From assembly GCA_973895155.1 (NCBI GenBank), contig OZ316893.1, positions 26,710,798-26,774,797 on the forward strand: a DNA stretch of 64,000 bases, given 5' to 3'. Source of the DNA: Marsupella aquatica (lineage: Eukaryota > Plantae > Marchantiophyta). Shown here piece by piece: positions 61,723 to 64,000 of the stretch (positions are counted from its first letter, which is position 1; every line of letters begins with the position of its first letter). The translations under genes were made by a program, and so were the position numbers. The notes under the pieces were generated by a model. The model was not told where the DNA came from, searched no databases, and saw nothing but the letters and a program-made list of their open reading frames with translations.

Positions 61723-64000
61723 TTGTGGATAAAGTGTTTTACAAAATCTAGTGCGCGATTCAACGATGTGAAGCATAGCTTGAATGGAGATACAAATGCT
61801 CAGTTATAAATTGGTCAAAGTTACTTTGACTTCTAGTAGTTTTATGCACGACTTGTTTGTGGCCACCACAACAGGTGACTGCCTGTTTGTGGCAGGAGAG
61901 ACTGTGCCCTTTGTCCCCTATGGCCCATGTGATAGGAGGAATCACCCCCTATGAAAATATACTCTGTACTTTTGCAACAAGATTCATTTTCCAGAAGGTT
62001 GCTTTTTGGCACCAAATTGACTTTTTGGCATGGCAAAGTTGATTAAGTTTTTGAGAATTCTTGCAGGGGTGCTCTCAGGAGAGTTAGCAAGGGGCTGGGA
62101 TATTGGTTTAAAAACTGCTATGGCTAGAATTTTTTTTAAGCATTATGTTCTCAAGGGGTCCAAAATGACATTTTGACCCCCTCTGAATAACGATTAATAA
62201 ATCATGGCTTTGGAGTTTTGAAAATAGCTTGTGAATAGTGGTAGGTGCCTCGCCGCCACATGAGAGTGGTCTGGGAATTCAACTTAGAGAATTTTCAATT
62301 TTTGTCATTTTTTGGTAAGGTGTAAGAGTGTGGTCTTGGAATTCTTGTACTGTACCATCCAGATTGCAATTAGAAATTGAAGCTCCATAGTTTATGATGA
62401 AAGCGTCAACCAAAATGGCCAAAAATTCACCCTTCGCTTTGATGGAAGTGTTGCTTCACGTACTCCCCTAGCACATCTCAAAACATAAAAATTATGACAA
62501 TCAAATTCAAAATTGGGAAATGTGATTTGTGGGGGTTTCAAAGACTATTGTAGTCCATGGGGCCTTTAATTGAAAGACTCTTGTAGTCCATGGGGCCTTC
62601 AATTCTGTATTAGAAAAGGCGAAACCTTCATTAGGGCATCTCAAAGCACGGCCGTAATGAGTTGGCCATAAGGACCAAGTTAGGGGAACGGCCATAAAAG
62701 TTGCAGGAGGCCAAAACAGGCTTCCGTAACTTAGTATCGCGGTTGCTGACCAAAACTCATAACTTTAACTCTGAGACTTTGAATTTGCATTATCACAACA
62801 TAGAGTTATCGCAACATTGTGTCATCTGACTAGGGACAGACTACATCAGTCACTGTGTATTGTTAAAATGCTCTTGTGACCACTTATCAAGGTAATAAAC
62901 TTGGGCTTGTCGTACAGGGATGGGCCAAAAGTAATTACTCTAAGAGTGAGGACTCTAACTCATCCCTTATGACACTAGTCAATACATATCCCCCCACAAC
63001 CAATGGTCTGTAAAATAAATCTGGTCATAAGATATTTTAACGCTAACTTTTCCTGACTGCACTCGTTTCTTTGAGACGCCCTACTTGTTTTAAAATTCTT
63101 CAAAATCACCCACTATGAGACCTCAGTCTGAGCACTATATACTAACGAGGTCTATGGTACATCTAGATCGTGACGCTTCCGACAAGGTACTGTAGAAGAA
63201 TGATGAGGAACCTAAGCTTTACAAACCCTACCTATTTATTGGTGACCGAAATCCTGGTCTGGCTAATCCTCGCCGTCGTTTCCCCTGACTCCCTCCAAAT
63301 GAAGCTTGCGATCAACGGTGAACACGGCCAGGATGCTGGAAATTAGTACGAGTACCAATCTCTCCGTACTGGTTAACTTTAGAGGGTAAGTTAAGCGAGT
63401 TGGTGAGCCGCTCTATTGTGGCGACTCCCGGAAATAGCGGCGTGCATATAAACTCTGCCCTCCACACATGGCCGCAAAAGGAAAAGGGCTCCCACGGACG
63501 GGGAACAGTCAAACCTCAGCCACACTTCTTCTCTAAGAACGTTCTTCGCGGTGGCGACGGAGAACCAGAAACCGCTATAAGAAGCAGAAACCGCTAAGAG
63601 AACCCCACTAAAACATGAGATAGCGACAATGTTATTCCTGGCAAGCGAAAACGTGTTTTAGAAACTGGCCGGCTATAGTACTTTCGCCACTGGCCGAATG
63701 AGAAATCCAAGGGCCAATTAGATATTTAGGTGCAGCACAAAAATAGAAGGCGGTCTAGTCCTTTCGTGTAAAGGTTCCGCCCAATCCAAGTGTGCTGCCC
63801 GGAGCACACGAATTCTTTTAGCCAATCAAAAGTCTTCTACCCTGATAGGCCAAATCCACCCTATCACTAGCACCAATCTAATGCCCTAATATCATTACTA
63901 AATTATGTTTCACTAATTATTGGATTATCCCAGTTAATTTGGTATCTAAGTTTACTAATTAAACTGTCTTTTGTTTATCCACCGGTGTTCTAACGATACG

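Overview
Eukaryotic, intron-rich plant nuclear DNA. A non-angiosperm land plant or streptophyte is my inference, not proven. Two spliced host genes are readable: a plastid-type CofE/F420-0:L-glutamate-ligase-like gene of cyanobacterial character (minus strand, ~1.8-7.5 kb) and an EDR2-like PH-START-DUF1336 gene (plus strand, 35.5-44.9 kb). The rest is transposon-derived. It includes a complete 8.0-kb Helitron (46997-54997), a decayed MULE/SWIM transposase and several relics. The standout is a 9.44-kb Ty3/Gypsy-type retroelement (8556-17996, minus strand). Its now-mutated polyprotein reads Gag - zinc knuckles - aspartic protease - DNMT3-like C5 cytosine methyltransferase - RT - RNase H - integrase - PHD finger. 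Its ends are fixed by a 4-bp target-site duplication (AAGC) and a reconstructable empty site, yet no LTRs are visible, only ~7-10 bp TGTC-type termini. Exon and domain coordinates were read by eye and may be off by a few bases.
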